Positions 38,602-48,319 of a stretch of 64,000 bases of DNA are shown one piece after another (positions within the stretch are counted from its first letter, which is position 1; every line of letters begins with the position of its first letter). Origin of the DNA: Planctomycetota bacterium. GTDB lineage: Bacteria > Planctomycetota > UBA1135 > UBA2386. The position numbers and the translations under genes are program-made. The notes under the pieces are model-generated. The model was not told the origin of the DNA. It saw only the letters and a list, made by a program, of their open reading frames with translations, and did not search any database. The stretch is from positions 4,160,001-4,224,000 of the forward strand of contig OZ245006.1 of NCBI GenBank assembly GCA_965223545.1, given 5' to 3'.

Positions 38602-41574
38602 CTAGCGTCGGCGCTCGGCCTCGAGCCGCTCGTGCTCGGCCCGCCAGTGGGCGGCCTGCTCGCTGCGCTCGTCGCTCGGCTCCGCGGAGTGCCACTGTTC
38701 GTAGAGCTGGGCCAGGCGGTTCGCGCCCCGCCAGGGCTGCCCCAGCTCGACGCTGAGCTCCTGCATCCGCCGCATCGCCTGCTCGGCGCCAGTCCAGTCG
38801 CCCTGTGCCGACCGCGCCCAGGCCAGCTCCCGGTAGCCGGTCAGCCGCAGCAGCGAAGACGGGGCTTCGGCATCCAGAATGGCCAGCGCCTCGGTGATGG
38901 TGGTCGCGGCCTCCGCCGGGCGCTCGGTGCGCCGTAGCAGCGCGCCGAGGCGCACGATGTTCTCCTGCACCGCGCGGTGGCGCTCGCCGTGCAGCGCGCG
39001 CAGCACGTCGATCGCCTCGATCAACACCGGCTCGGCGGCCAGCGGGTTGTCGTTGCCGATGTGACAGAAGGCGAGGTTGAGCGTGGACTGCCCCACCTCC
39101 GCGCAGATCGGACCGATGCTGCGCTTGCGCACGTCGATCGAGCGTTGGTAGAGCCGCACGGCGTCTTGGTAGCGGCCTTGCCGGTCGACCGCGATCGCCA
39201 AGTTGTTGAGCGTCGTGCCGACGTCCGGGTGATCGGCGCCGAGCGCCTCGGTGAGAATGTCGACTGCCTTCTCCTGGGCCTCCACCGATTGGTCGACCTG
39301 TCCCTTGCGAATCAAGATCTTGCCCAACGCGCCCCAGGCCTTGCCGACGTTGGGGTGCGACGCTCCGAGCCGCTCCGTCGTCGTCGCGATCGACGTGCGG
39401 ATCAGATCCTCGGCCTCGTCGGGCCGGCCCTGCGCGGAAACGAACCCGGCCAGATTGTGCTGCAGGATCGCGATGTGATGGTGGCCATCGCCGTGCTGGC
39501 TGCGCAATAGCTCGATGGCTTCGCGCATGTGCTTCTCGGCAGCCGCGTAGCGCCCGCGATTGCTCTCGGTCGTCGCGATGTTGGCCAGGTTGACCACCAC
39601 CTCCGGATGCGCCGCGCGCAGGGTTCGCCGGCGTAGAGCCAACGCCTCGCGAAACACACGCTCGGCGTCCTCGTACTCACCAGAGAGCCGGTGCGCGCGT
39701 CCGAGCGTGCCGAGCAGGCCGGCGTGCGCCTGATCGAGGCCGGCGGCACGCGCCGTGTCGATCGCCGCCAAGCACAGCGCCTTGGCCTCGTCGATCCGGC
39801 GCAGCTCGCACAGCGTCTGTGCGCGCAGATCCTGCAGCTCCAGCTCCATGGTCGGATCGGGGGCGCCACGCGCCGTCATCGCCAGTGCCCGGTCGCACAC
39901 TACAAGAACGTCGTCGTAGCCGGCGCGGTGGAATCGCAAGGTGCCCCACTGCAGCAGCGCCGGGACCAGCCGGGCCGGGTCGCCGTGCTGCTCCTCGATT
40001 TCCAGGGCGCGTTGCAGGTGCTGCTCGGCGCGATCCAGGGCGCCGATGGCGAGATAGGCCTCGCCGAGCGTGAGCCGCAGGGCGGCCTCTACGTCAGGCT
40101 GGTCGGCGATCTCCTCGCTGTCTTCCAGCTCGAAGTCGTCGAGCAGCTCTCGCAGCGTGTAGTCCGGGTCGGCGTGGTACGGGTTGGCCGACGCCAGCAT
40201 GCGCCGGGTGACCTCCAGCACGGTCGACGCGCGGTCTGCCTCGGCCCGGGCAGTGCGCTCGGCGGCCAGCGCTCGCCGCAGCATCACTCCGGTGCCGACC
40301 ACTCCGCCGACCAGGGAGAGCAAGAGGAGCAACCCGGCTGCCGCCATGGCGCGGTTGCGGCGGACGAACTTGCCGAGCCGATACGCCGTACCCGGAGGTC
40401 CGGCAATGACCGGCACGTTGTCGAGGTGTCGCTGCAGGTCCTCGGCCAGTGCAGCGGCGGTGTCGTAGCGTCGGTTGCGATCCTTCTCGATCGCCTTCAT
40501 CACGATCCAGTCGAGGTCGCCGCGCAGCGTGTGCCGCAAGTCGCGGGCCTCGATGCGGCGCCGGTGCGCGATGTCGTCGAGCTGGTCGCCGAGCGAGCTC
40601 ACGCGCGTGCTCGGCTTGGCGGGCTCGGACTCGCGAATGTGCCGCACCATGTCGGCGTAGTCACCCGAGCGCAGGCGGTTGGGATCGAACGCCTTGGTGC
40701 CGGTGAGCAGCTCGTAGAGCACGATCCCGAGGCTGTAGACGTCAGCGCGCGTGTCGACGTCGAGGCCCGAGTACTGGGCCTGCTCCGGCGCCATGTACTC
40801 CGGGGTACCGATCATCTGGTGGTACTCGGTGAACAGCGTGCGCTGGGTGAGCTCCTGCCCCGTCGCCTTGGCGACGCCGAAGTCGATGACCTTCGGAGTG
40901 GCGACCCGGTCGTGCATGGTGACCAGGATGTTGCCGGGCTTGAGGTCGCGGTGGATGATCCCCTTGTGGTGCGCGTGCTGCACCGCGTGGCATACCTTCT
41001 GGAACAGCTCGATGCGCGCGCGCGGCGTCCACTGCTCGGTGTCGCAGAACTCGGTGATCGGCACGCCGCGCACCAGCTCCATGACGAAGTAGGGCCGCCC
41101 CGCTTCGGTCGCACCGCCGTCGAGGACTCGGGCGATGTGGGGGTGTTCCATCATCGCCAGTGCCTGTCGCTCGGCCTCGAAGCGGGCGATCACCTGGTGC
41201 GTATCCATGCCGACCTTGATGACCTTGACCGCGACCTTGCGGCGGATCGGCTCGGTCTGCTCGGCCATCCAGACCACGCCGAAGCCGCCTTCACCGATCT
41301 TCTGCAGCAGCTTGTAGCGGCCGATCTCGCTGCCGGGTGCTCCGCCCGGCGGCTCCGCCGTCGCCATGAACGACGCCGCCTTGTGATAGGCCTCGAGCAG
41401 GTCGGCGACCTCGGCGCGCACCGCCGGGTCGGTGCACTGCTCTTGCAGGAAGCGGCCGCGCGCTTCGGTCGGTAGCTCGAGCGCCCGTTCGAAGATCGCC
41501 CTGGTTTGCTCGGCCCCGCTCGGCAAGGGGCTGGTTTCGTCCAGCGGGTTGGTGTCGGGCAGCTCTGGGCTCAC
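38602..41574 (-). CDS. Ser/Thr protein kinase with a TM helix and TPR repeats
   Basis: GEGGFG, VAVK, HRDLKPGN, DFG, APE and DVYSLG; C-terminal HP-containing TPR repeats. Confidence 0.95.
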   Translation of the reverse strand: MSPELPDTNPLDETSPLPSGAEQTRAIFERALELPTEARGRFLQEQCTDPAVRAEVADLLEAYHKAASFMATAEPPGGAPGSEIGRYKLLQKIGEGGFGVVWMAEQTEPIRRKVAVKVIKVGMDTHQVIARFEAERQALAMMEHPHIARVLDGGATEAGRPYFVMELVRGVPITEFCDTEQWTPRARIELFQKVCHAVQHAHHKGIIHRDLKPGNILVTMHDRVATPKVIDFGVAKATGQELTQRTLFTEYHQMIGTPEYMAPEQAQYSGLDVDTRADVYSLGIVLYELLTGTKAFDPNRLRSGDYADMVRHIRESEPAKPSTRVSSLGDQLDDIAHRRRIEARDLRHTLRGDLDWIVMKAIEKDRNRRYDTAAALAEDLQRHLDNVPVIAGPPGTAYRLGKFVRRNRAMAAAGLLLLLSLVGGVVGTGVMLRRALAAERTARAEADRASTVLEVTRRMLASANPYHADPDYTLRELLDDFELEDSEEIADQPDVEAALRLTLGEAYLAIGALDRAEQHLQRALEIEEQHGDPARLVPALLQWGTLRFHRAGYDDVLVVCDRALAMTARGAPDPTMELELQDLRAQTLCELRRIDEAKALCLAAIDTARAAGLDQAHAGLLGTLGRAHRLSGEYEDAERVFREALALRRRTLRAAHPEVVVNLANIATTESNRGRYAAAEKHMREAIELLRSQHGDGHHHIAILQHNLAGFVSAQGRPDEAEDLIRTSIATTTERLGASHPNVGKAWGALGKILIRKGQVDQSVEAQEKAVDILTEALGADHPDVGTTLNNLAIAVDRQGRYQDAVRLYQRSIDVRKRSIGPICAEVGQSTLNLAFCHIGNDNPLAAEPVLIEAIDVLRALHGERHRAVQENIVRLGALLRRTERPAEAATTITEALAILDAEAPSSLLRLTGYRELAWARSAQGDWTGAEQAMRRMQELSVELGQPWRGANRLAQLYEQWHSAEPSDERSEQAAHWRAEHERLEAERRR

Positions 41575-41581
41575 GGTGTGC

Positions 41582-42754
41582 TCACGAGGCGGCGTCCGCG
41601 ATCGAGGCTGGCGGCAGCATCGTCTGGCATCGGGCGCGGAGCTGGTGGATGCCGAACGGCCGGCGCAGGACCTGACAGCGGCTGCCGAGCTCCGGCAGAT
41701 CCGCTTCCGGCGTGCTGGTGCGGATGAGCAGCAGCACCCGCACCGAGGGGTTGGTGGAAAGCGCGGTGGCGACCAGCTCGGTGATCGCGGGTCGCGGCGG
41801 GTGAGTGTCGAGGATCAACAGCTCGAAGCGGTCGGGCGTCGCCTCGAACAGCGTCGCCGCGGCCGCGTCGTCCGTGCAGCAGATCACCCGGCGCCCTGAT
41901 TCGACCAGCGGCGTCTTGAGCATCTCGCGCATCGACGCGTCCGGCTCCAGCACGAGTACGCCGCCGAACGCGTGCGGTGGGGTCGCGTCCGGCGTCGGCC
42001 GCACTTCGGGCACCGCGGCCGGAGTGGTGACCGCGGGGCGCAGCTGCAGGGTGGCGACCGTGTGTCGGCCGCGCTCCGCCAGCGCGAACGCGCCACCCAG
42101 CGCGCGCAGCCACTGGTGGGCTGCCTTGTCGTTCAGCTTGGCCAGCGCGTCCGCCGGCTGGCTCGCGGCGTCGCCGTGTGCCGCGATCGTGAGGTCGACC
42201 AAGAGGCCGCGGTCGTCGTTGCTCGCCGCGGCGCGGACGTCGAGCGCGTCCGCTTTCGGCTGCCGGGCGAGCAGACAATGCACGCCGAGCAGCAGGGCTT
42301 GCCGCAGGCTGTCGGGATCGCCGGCGACCGGCGGCAGCACGTCGGTCGCGGTGACCTCGATCTGCATCGGCCGCACCGCGTGCTGTTCGAGCATCAGGCG
42401 CAGGCCGGCAAGCAGGCTTGCCAAGTCGGTGGCAGTGCCACCGGGGTTGGGCAGGTTGCGGTCGATATCGAGCTTGGCGGCGAGCAGTCGCAGCCGCCGC
42501 ACCGCGGTGCGCAGGTGCTCGATCCGGCCGGTGACGCGCAGGGCGTCATTGGCGGATTCGCACACCAGCAGAGCGTGGCCCTCGACCGCATTGGCGAGGT
42601 GGACCAGCTCCTCGCCGACCGCCGCCGGCAAGTCACCCAAGGCGGCCGGCGGTGCCGTCGTCGCCACCGGCTGCCCGCGCCGGCGGCGCCCATTCCACCA
42701 GCAGACCGCCGCGGTGCCGGCACAACCGATCGAGAAGCCGAGAACAGTGGACAT
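41582..42754 (-). CDS. Degenerate hybrid histidine kinase / receiver protein (pseudokinase-like)
   Basis: Order TM, HisKA-like, HATPase-like (VAGDPDSLRQAL), receiver (VLVLEPD, LLILD, LRRPF), with key residues altered. Confidence 0.65.
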   Translation of the reverse strand: MSTVLGFSIGCAGTAAVCWWNGRRRRGQPVATTAPPAALGDLPAAVGEELVHLANAVEGHALLVCESANDALRVTGRIEHLRTAVRRLRLLAAKLDIDRNLPNPGGTATDLASLLAGLRLMLEQHAVRPMQIEVTATDVLPPVAGDPDSLRQALLLGVHCLLARQPKADALDVRAAASNDDRGLLVDLTIAAHGDAASQPADALAKLNDKAAHQWLRALGGAFALAERGRHTVATLQLRPAVTTPAAVPEVRPTPDATPPHAFGGVLVLEPDASMREMLKTPLVESGRRVICCTDDAAAATLFEATPDRFELLILDTHPPRPAITELVATALSTNPSVRVLLLIRTSTPEADLPELGSRCQVLRRPFGIHQLRARCQTMLPPASIADAAS

Positions 42755-42790
42755 GGAACTCGGCCCCGCGGTCCGGGGCCGTGCCCGAGC

Positions 42791-43744
42791 TTAGCAGGCC
42801 GGCGGGAGCTCCGGCGCGCCGAGCGTCATTCGGTGCTCGATGACGCCGAGACACTGCGCGGCGGGGACCGCGATGCTGGCGCCGCCGACGTCGAGACGAC
42901 CGCAGGCGCGCACCAGAGTCGCCGCACGAAACCGGCCGCCGCGGTGGACGATGGACTCCCAGGCCGGGGTGCCGGCGTGCGCGATGGGATAGTCGTCCGG
43001 CAGACCGGCGAAACGGACGCGGAGCCGGTGGTCCGGCCGGCGGTTCTCGATGCGAATGCGCAGCTCGACACCGTCGCGGTCCGCGGCGGCGAGGATGCCG
43101 AGCTCGCACGGGTAGCCGTCGGGCCGCCGGCCCAACCGGCCGCGCAGCCACAGCGCCGCGGCGCCGCGGGACTCCTCGAGTCTGACCGGCTGAAGGAAGC
43201 CCGGGGAGAACAGCCGTGGGCGTTCTTCCTCGAGAGGTGCGAAGCCATCCAGCGTGCCGCGGTCGGTGCGATCCTCGAAGCGCATGCAGTCCAGCACGTG
43301 CACGCCGCGACCGCGGTCGACCAGCAACAATCCGCCCTTGCGCGAAAAGCGGATGCGGGCGCTCGCGGAAGCGATCAGGATGTCGCGTTTGCGTCGCAGG
43401 GCGCGCCCCTCGAGGACGTCGGCCGGCGTGGTGTCCCCGCTGGGCGGCGGCGCTTCGCACAGGCTGATCGCCTCCTCCAGCGCGACCAGCAAGCCGCGCG
43501 CGGTGCCGTCCTGCACCGTCCCCGCCAGCAGATCCGGCGTGTCCAGGCCGGCGAGCCGCGCGCGCGCCGCCGGGGTGCCGCGCGCGGCCAGAATCCGAGC
43601 CGCGCGGTGGGCGGCCAGCTTGAGGTCGACGCGCGCGTCGTCGCTGCCCGGCCCCGGGGTCGCGAACGGGCCCTGCCATGCGGTGGACGGCAGCGCGTCG
43701 CGCTGCGCCAAGGTCGCCGCGAGTCGGTCCGGGTGCGCCTTCAT
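42791..43744 (-). CDS. Protein resembling the C-terminal part of GH38 alpha-mannosidases, without the catalytic domain
   Basis: FEDRTDRG, IENRRPDHRLRVRF, TLVRACGRL and PAAQCLG echo GH38 C-terminal motifs. Confidence 0.5.
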   Translation of the reverse strand: MKAHPDRLAATLAQRDALPSTAWQGPFATPGPGSDDARVDLKLAAHRAARILAARGTPAARARLAGLDTPDLLAGTVQDGTARGLLVALEEAISLCEAPPPSGDTTPADVLEGRALRRKRDILIASASARIRFSRKGGLLLVDRGRGVHVLDCMRFEDRTDRGTLDGFAPLEEERPRLFSPGFLQPVRLEESRGAAALWLRGRLGRRPDGYPCELGILAAADRDGVELRIRIENRRPDHRLRVRFAGLPDDYPIAHAGTPAWESIVHRGGRFRAATLVRACGRLDVGGASIAVPAAQCLGVIEHRMTLGAPELPPAC

Positions 43745-43893
43745 CCGGACACCTCCGCCGCGTGGCGTTGGGGACAACCATGCATCACCGTTGGATTGTA
43801 GAACGGGTCCAGGGGCGCTCTGGCTGCACTTGGGCCCACGCTGGCGCCGATAGCAGGGAGGCGAGCGCCATCGCTCGACTCCCGATTCCGTCA

Positions 43894-44688
43894 ATGGACC
43901 TTCCGTTCAGCGCACAACGCAAGCACTTTCGCGTGGCATGGCGCATGTCCGTCGAGGTCGTGCCCGACGACGGCGGAGACTCGGTGCGCGCCAGCACGCT
44001 CAACATCTCGGCCGGGGGCATGAGCTTGCTCACCGCCAAGCCGCTGCCGAAGGATGCGGCGGTGGAGTTGCGCTTCGAGCTGCCGGACGGGGTGCAGCGG
44101 CGCAGAATGCAAGTGCGGGGCAGCGTGCTGCGCAGCGGCGTTCTACCCAATCGGGCGCCTTCGGCGGCGGTGGTGTTCGGCGAGATGGACTCGCGCGACC
44201 GCGCGTTCGTGCGCAGCTGCGTGCTGCATCAGGCGCTGCGGCAGATGCAGTCGATGGCCGAGTACCAGGCGTTTCGCACGGTCTCGGATCTCGACCTCCT
44301 GCAGCTCGCGTCGGTGTCCAACGAGCTCGTGTTGGCGGCGGGCGACTACGCCGCCCACCACGGCGACGAGGCCACCAGCGTGTTCTTGGTCAAGTCGGGC
44401 AAGGTGCGGCTGATGGGACCGGGGGCCGCCGCCGACGAGCCGCCGATCGAGGTGGTGCACGCGGGGCAGATGTTCGGCGAGGTGTCGGCCCTACTCGCCC
44501 TCCCACACAGCTTCGACGTGATCGCCACCGAGCCGACCGAGCTCTTGGTGGTCTCGCGCGCGGCGCTGAGCTACCTGCGCGAGCACAATCTGCACCTCGC
44601 CCTGGTGCTGTACGACATCATCGTCGCTTTCATGGCGCGCCGCGTGCGGCGGCTCACCGCGCGGCTGGCGGCCACCGCCCCGTTCTGA
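43894..44688 (+). CDS. PilZ plus cyclic-nucleotide-binding domain protein
   Basis: QRKHFR (RxxxR) and NISAGG (D/NxSxxG); C-terminal FLVKSGKV...GQMFGEVS cNMP domain. Confidence 0.85.
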   Translation: MDLPFSAQRKHFRVAWRMSVEVVPDDGGDSVRASTLNISAGGMSLLTAKPLPKDAAVELRFELPDGVQRRRMQVRGSVLRSGVLPNRAPSAAVVFGEMDSRDRAFVRSCVLHQALRQMQSMAEYQAFRTVSDLDLLQLASVSNELVLAAGDYAAHHGDEATSVFLVKSGKVRLMGPGAAADEPPIEVVHAGQMFGEVSALLALPHSFDVIATEPTELLVVSRAALSYLREHNLHLALVLYDIIVAFMARRVRRLTARLAATAPF

Positions 44689-44833
44689 GCGACGCGCCCG
44701 TCCGAGGGCTGCCGCAGCGGCCGGTCTCAAGGCCGGGCCGGCCGGTGGCCGATCTGAACCCAGAGTCCCCGACCCGGATCCGGGGCGGCTCGGAGGTCCG
44801 GTCGTCCCCGCCCGGCGGTCGATCGAGAGTCCA

Positions 44834-46267
44834 ATGCCGTCGTTCATGGCCCACAGCACCGCGCAGCTCAGGGCGACCTGGGAGCGGCTCGATGCCGCCC
44901 AGCGCTGGGTCATCGCCAGCGTGCCGTTGGCCGCGGCCGGCGCCTTGATCAGCGTTCTCGCATTCGCGGCCGGCGGGCGCGAGCGCGTCGCGTGGACCGG
45001 CACGGGCGCCGAGCTGCAGGTCGCGGTCGGTGCGTTGGACGGTCGCGTCGGCTACCGCATCGAAGAGGGGCGGTTGGTGGTCGCTGCGGACGACCTGCAG
45101 CGGGCTCGCCGACTGCTGTGGAGCGCGGGCGTGGCGGCAGAAGACGCATCGTCCGTCGATGACCATGCTGGCCGCGAAGGCGACGTCGCGCGCGCGCTGG
45201 AGCGCGCCGCCGCGCAGCAGCTGGAGCGCTTCCAGCACGTCGTCGAGGCGCGGGTGGCGTTCGCGGCGCCGGTCGTTGTCGGTGATGCAGCGCGCGCGCA
45301 AGTCGGGCTGCGGCTGGTGCGCGGCGCCGATTTCCGCGAGCTGGCGCCGGTGGCGGCGAGCACCGCATCGGCGGCGCTGGGCGTGCCGGTCGATGCGGTG
45401 TCCGTGGCCAACCTGACGACCGCCGAGCTGTGGAGCGCGGGGGGTGATCGCCTCGGTAGTGCGGACGCGGCGGAGGAGTTCCTGCGCATGCAAGAGCGCC
45501 GCACGCGGCAGCTGACCGCCGTGGCCCAGTCGATCCTCGACGCGCTGTACCCGGGCAAGGCGATCGCCCGCGTCCATGTCGAGCTCGATCCGGAGATGCG
45601 CACGGTGCTCGACCGGAGTGCCAGCGACAACCCCGTGTTGCTGCGCTCATCGACCAACAAGGAGGAGACGCGATCGCCGGCGGAGCGAGATCCACGCGCC
45701 GTGCCGGAGATCGGCACCGAGGTCTTCTCCCGCCCCACCGAGAGCTCGCAGCTGCGCGAGAACGAGTACTCACCGGAGTCGTTCGTCGAGACCAGCACCA
45801 AGCACCTGGCTCCAGCGGTCCGCGCCGTCGGCGTCGCTCTCTTCGTCGATCGCCAGGCACTCGGTTCGACCGACACCGCGGCGCTGTGCCGGCAGATCGG
45901 CGTCGCCGTCGGGTGGCGCGAGGGGCGGGATCCCGCGATCGAGGTGCACCCTGTCGACCTGCCCGAACCGCCGCGGCACGACCCCTCGGCAGCCGCTGCG
46001 GCGTGGGCATGGTACGAGCGGCACCAGCCCATCGTCGCGGGAGCCACCGGCACCGCGCTGGTACTGCTGTTCTTGGTGTGGATGATCCGGCGGGCGACGG
46101 GCCCCCGCGCCGCGAGAGTCGCACCGGCCGGCGTGGCGGCGGCGGCCGGCGAGTCCGCCAGCGAGGGTGACTCCGACGCCCGCAACAGTATCGAGCAGGC
46201 GATCGATCGAGATCCCGCCGCGATCACGCGGGCACTCGAGACTTGGTTGCAGGAGCAGCGACCGTGA
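44834..46267 (+). CDS. fliF: FliF-like MS-ring protein, divergent and shortened
   Basis: EGDVARALE, VVEARV, ILDALYPGKAIARVHVELD, VGVALFVD, VAVG...GRD, a second TM helix and DPAAITRALETWL; coupled to fliG. Confidence 0.7.
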   Translation: MPSFMAHSTAQLRATWERLDAAQRWVIASVPLAAAGALISVLAFAAGGRERVAWTGTGAELQVAVGALDGRVGYRIEEGRLVVAADDLQRARRLLWSAGVAAEDASSVDDHAGREGDVARALERAAAQQLERFQHVVEARVAFAAPVVVGDAARAQVGLRLVRGADFRELAPVAASTASAALGVPVDAVSVANLTTAELWSAGGDRLGSADAAEEFLRMQERRTRQLTAVAQSILDALYPGKAIARVHVELDPEMRTVLDRSASDNPVLLRSSTNKEETRSPAERDPRAVPEIGTEVFSRPTESSQLRENEYSPESFVETSTKHLAPAVRAVGVALFVDRQALGSTDTAALCRQIGVAVGWREGRDPAIEVHPVDLPEPPRHDPSAAAAAWAWYERHQPIVAGATGTALVLLFLVWMIRRATGPRAARVAPAGVAAAAGESASEGDSDARNSIEQAIDRDPAAITRALETWLQEQRP

Positions 46268-47280
46268 CCGCGGACGAACCCGGCGGCCCGACCCCCGATC
46301 AGGCGGTCGCGGTGTTGTTGCTGTCGATCGAGCCCGAGCGCGCCGCCTCGGTGTTGCGTCGTCTGGCGCCCGAGGCGCTGCGCCGCATCGTGCAGGCGAT
46401 GCGCGAGGTCGGCACCGAGACGCTGGACGGGGCGGCGATCGGCCGGGTGCACGAGCTGGTCGAGAGCCGGCTGCGGGCGGCCTCGCCTGGGGTGTCGAGC
46501 CTGGCGGACCTGCACCAGCTGTTGGTCGCGGCGTTCGGCGAGGAGCAGGCCGCGCAGCTCGAAGACGAGGCGACCCGGGAGTTGGAAGCACGGCGACCTC
46601 TGGCGGTGTTCGAGGCGCTCGATCCACAGGATCTCGCCGCCCTGGTCGCCGAGGAGCACCCGCAGATCGCCGCCGTGTTCCTCGCCAACCTGGATCGCGG
46701 CAAGGCGGGAACCGTGCTGCGACACTTGCCGCCGTCGGTGAGGCCGGACCTGGTGCGCCGCGTCGCCACGCTGGACCGGACCGCTCCGGACGTCGTCGCG
46801 CGCGTCCTCGACGTGATGCGTCAAAAAGTGCGCGACCTGGGACTGTCCGGCCTGCGCGCCGAGCCCATGCTGTGGATCAAGGCCGCCGCCGGCATGCTCA
46901 ACCACATGGGAGGTGGCGAGCGCCGAGTGCTGGACGGCATTGCCGAGGTCGACCCGGAGATCGCCGCCGCCGTGCGCGAGGAGATGTTCACGTTCGACGA
47001 CCTCGCCAAGCTCAACCGCCGCGGGATGCAGCGCATTCTCAGCCAGGTGGACTCGCGCGTCCTGGCGCTGTCCCTCAAGGCGGCGAGCACCGAAGTCGAG
47101 GAGAACGTGTTCGGGAATCTGTCCCGCCGGGCGGGCGAAATCGTGCGCGAGGAGCGCGAGATGCTCGGCCCGACGCCGCTGGGCGAGGTGCTCGCGGCGC
47201 AGCAGGACATCCTCGAGCTGGTGCGCTCGCTCATGGACAGCGGCGACCTCTCGGTCGTCGACGAAGAGACGCTGGTCTGA
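46264..47280 (+). CDS. fliG: Flagellar motor switch protein FliG
   Basis: AVLLLSI, EEHPQIAAVFLA, EEMFTFDDL, LALSLK, NLSRRA and LGP..LGEV.AAQ. Confidence 0.92.
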   Translation: MTADEPGGPTPDQAVAVLLLSIEPERAASVLRRLAPEALRRIVQAMREVGTETLDGAAIGRVHELVESRLRAASPGVSSLADLHQLLVAAFGEEQAAQLEDEATRELEARRPLAVFEALDPQDLAALVAEEHPQIAAVFLANLDRGKAGTVLRHLPPSVRPDLVRRVATLDRTAPDVVARVLDVMRQKVRDLGLSGLRAEPMLWIKAAAGMLNHMGGGERRVLDGIAEVDPEIAAAVREEMFTFDDLAKLNRRGMQRILSQVDSRVLALSLKAASTEVEENVFGNLSRRAGEIVREEREMLGPTPLGEVLAAQQDILELVRSLMDSGDLSVVDEETLV

Positions 47281-47352
47281 TTCTCCACGGGTTGCGGCTC
47301 GAGCGTCGCTCAGCTAACACTCGGGCCCCGACTGTCGCGGGGGTCGAATCCG

Positions 47353-47802
47353 ATGACACGCAGCCGTCGCGTCTTGCTGGTAGCTTCGAGCGGTGGTTAT
47401 TGGGTGCAGCTGCAACGGCTGGCGCCCGCGTTCTCGAGTTGGGAGCGGATCTACGTCTCGCCACAGCCCGGATATCGCTCCGAGGTCCCCGAGCACCGCT
47501 TCTTCACCGTGCGCGATGCGCCGCGCCGCCGCGGCAGCCTGCGGCTCGCGCTGGCGATGCTGGCGATCGTCGTGCGCGAGCGCCCGCGGGTCGTGATCTC
47601 GACCGGCGCGCTGCCGGGCTACTACGCCCTGCGCTTCGGCAAGTGGATCGGCGCCCACACGATCTGGGTGGACTGCGCTGCGCATGCAGAGGCGATGTCG
47701 CCGGCCGGCTTGCGCGCGCGGCGTTTCGCCGACTTGTGGCTGACCCAGTGGCGACACCTCAAGCGTCGCGGCGGCCCCGACCACGCCGGGAGCGTGCTTT
47801 GA
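47353..47802 (+). CDS. PssD/Cps14F (Alg14-like) glycosyltransferase subunit
   Basis: LLVASSGG, ERPRVVISTGA, TIWVD and ADLWLTQW. Confidence 0.88.
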   Translation: MTRSRRVLLVASSGGYWVQLQRLAPAFSSWERIYVSPQPGYRSEVPEHRFFTVRDAPRRRGSLRLALAMLAIVVRERPRVVISTGALPGYYALRFGKWIGAHTIWVDCAAHAEAMSPAGLRARRFADLWLTQWRHLKRRGGPDHAGSVL

Positions 47803-48284
47803 TCTTCGTCACCGTCGGTTACCACGAGCCGTTCGATCGATTGGTGCGCGTGGTCGACGATTGGGCGGCGCTGCACCCGGACCGCGAGGTGTTCGCCCAG
47901 ATCGGCGACTCCAGCTGGCACCCGGAGCACGTGCCGTGGTGCGATTGGCTGCTGCCGGCGCAGTATCGCCGGGTGGTCGGCGAGGCGTCGTGCGTCATCT
48001 CGCACGCGGGCATCGGCGCGGTCTGCGCGGCGCGCCGGGCGGCGGTGCCGCTCTTGGTGATGCCGCGCCGCGCGGAGCTGGGCGAGGCCGACGACGAGCA
48101 CCAATCCGTGGCGGCGCGCCAATTCGCCCGCGCCGACTGGGCGACGGTGGTCGAAGACGAGACGCAGCTGGCCGATCGCCTGACCGACCTCGACCAGCTG
48201 CGGCGCGCGCCGTCCCTCGGGCCGCACGCCGACCGCGAGATGCTCGAGGCGCTGCACGCCTTTGCCGCGCGCGCCAGCCTCTAG
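47799..48284 (+). CDS. PssE/Cps14G (Alg13-like, GT28 C-terminal) subunit
   Basis: IFVTVG..PFDRL, FAQIG, ISHAGIG, VMPR...E..DEHQ; TTG start overlapping the previous stop. Confidence 0.88.
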   Translation: MIFVTVGYHEPFDRLVRVVDDWAALHPDREVFAQIGDSSWHPEHVPWCDWLLPAQYRRVVGEASCVISHAGIGAVCAARRAAVPLLVMPRRAELGEADDEHQSVAARQFARADWATVVEDETQLADRLTDLDQLRRAPSLGPHADREMLEALHAFAARASL

Positions 48285-48319
48285 CCCCGACCATGATGAC
48301 TGGGCGCCTCCGACGCTCG

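Noticed and set aside
46167..48284. 705-aa ORF suggesting a FliG-region/glycosyltransferase fusion
   Set aside because: Only the last 161 aa (from TTG 47799) are PssE-like; the rest is off-frame over fliG and pssD.
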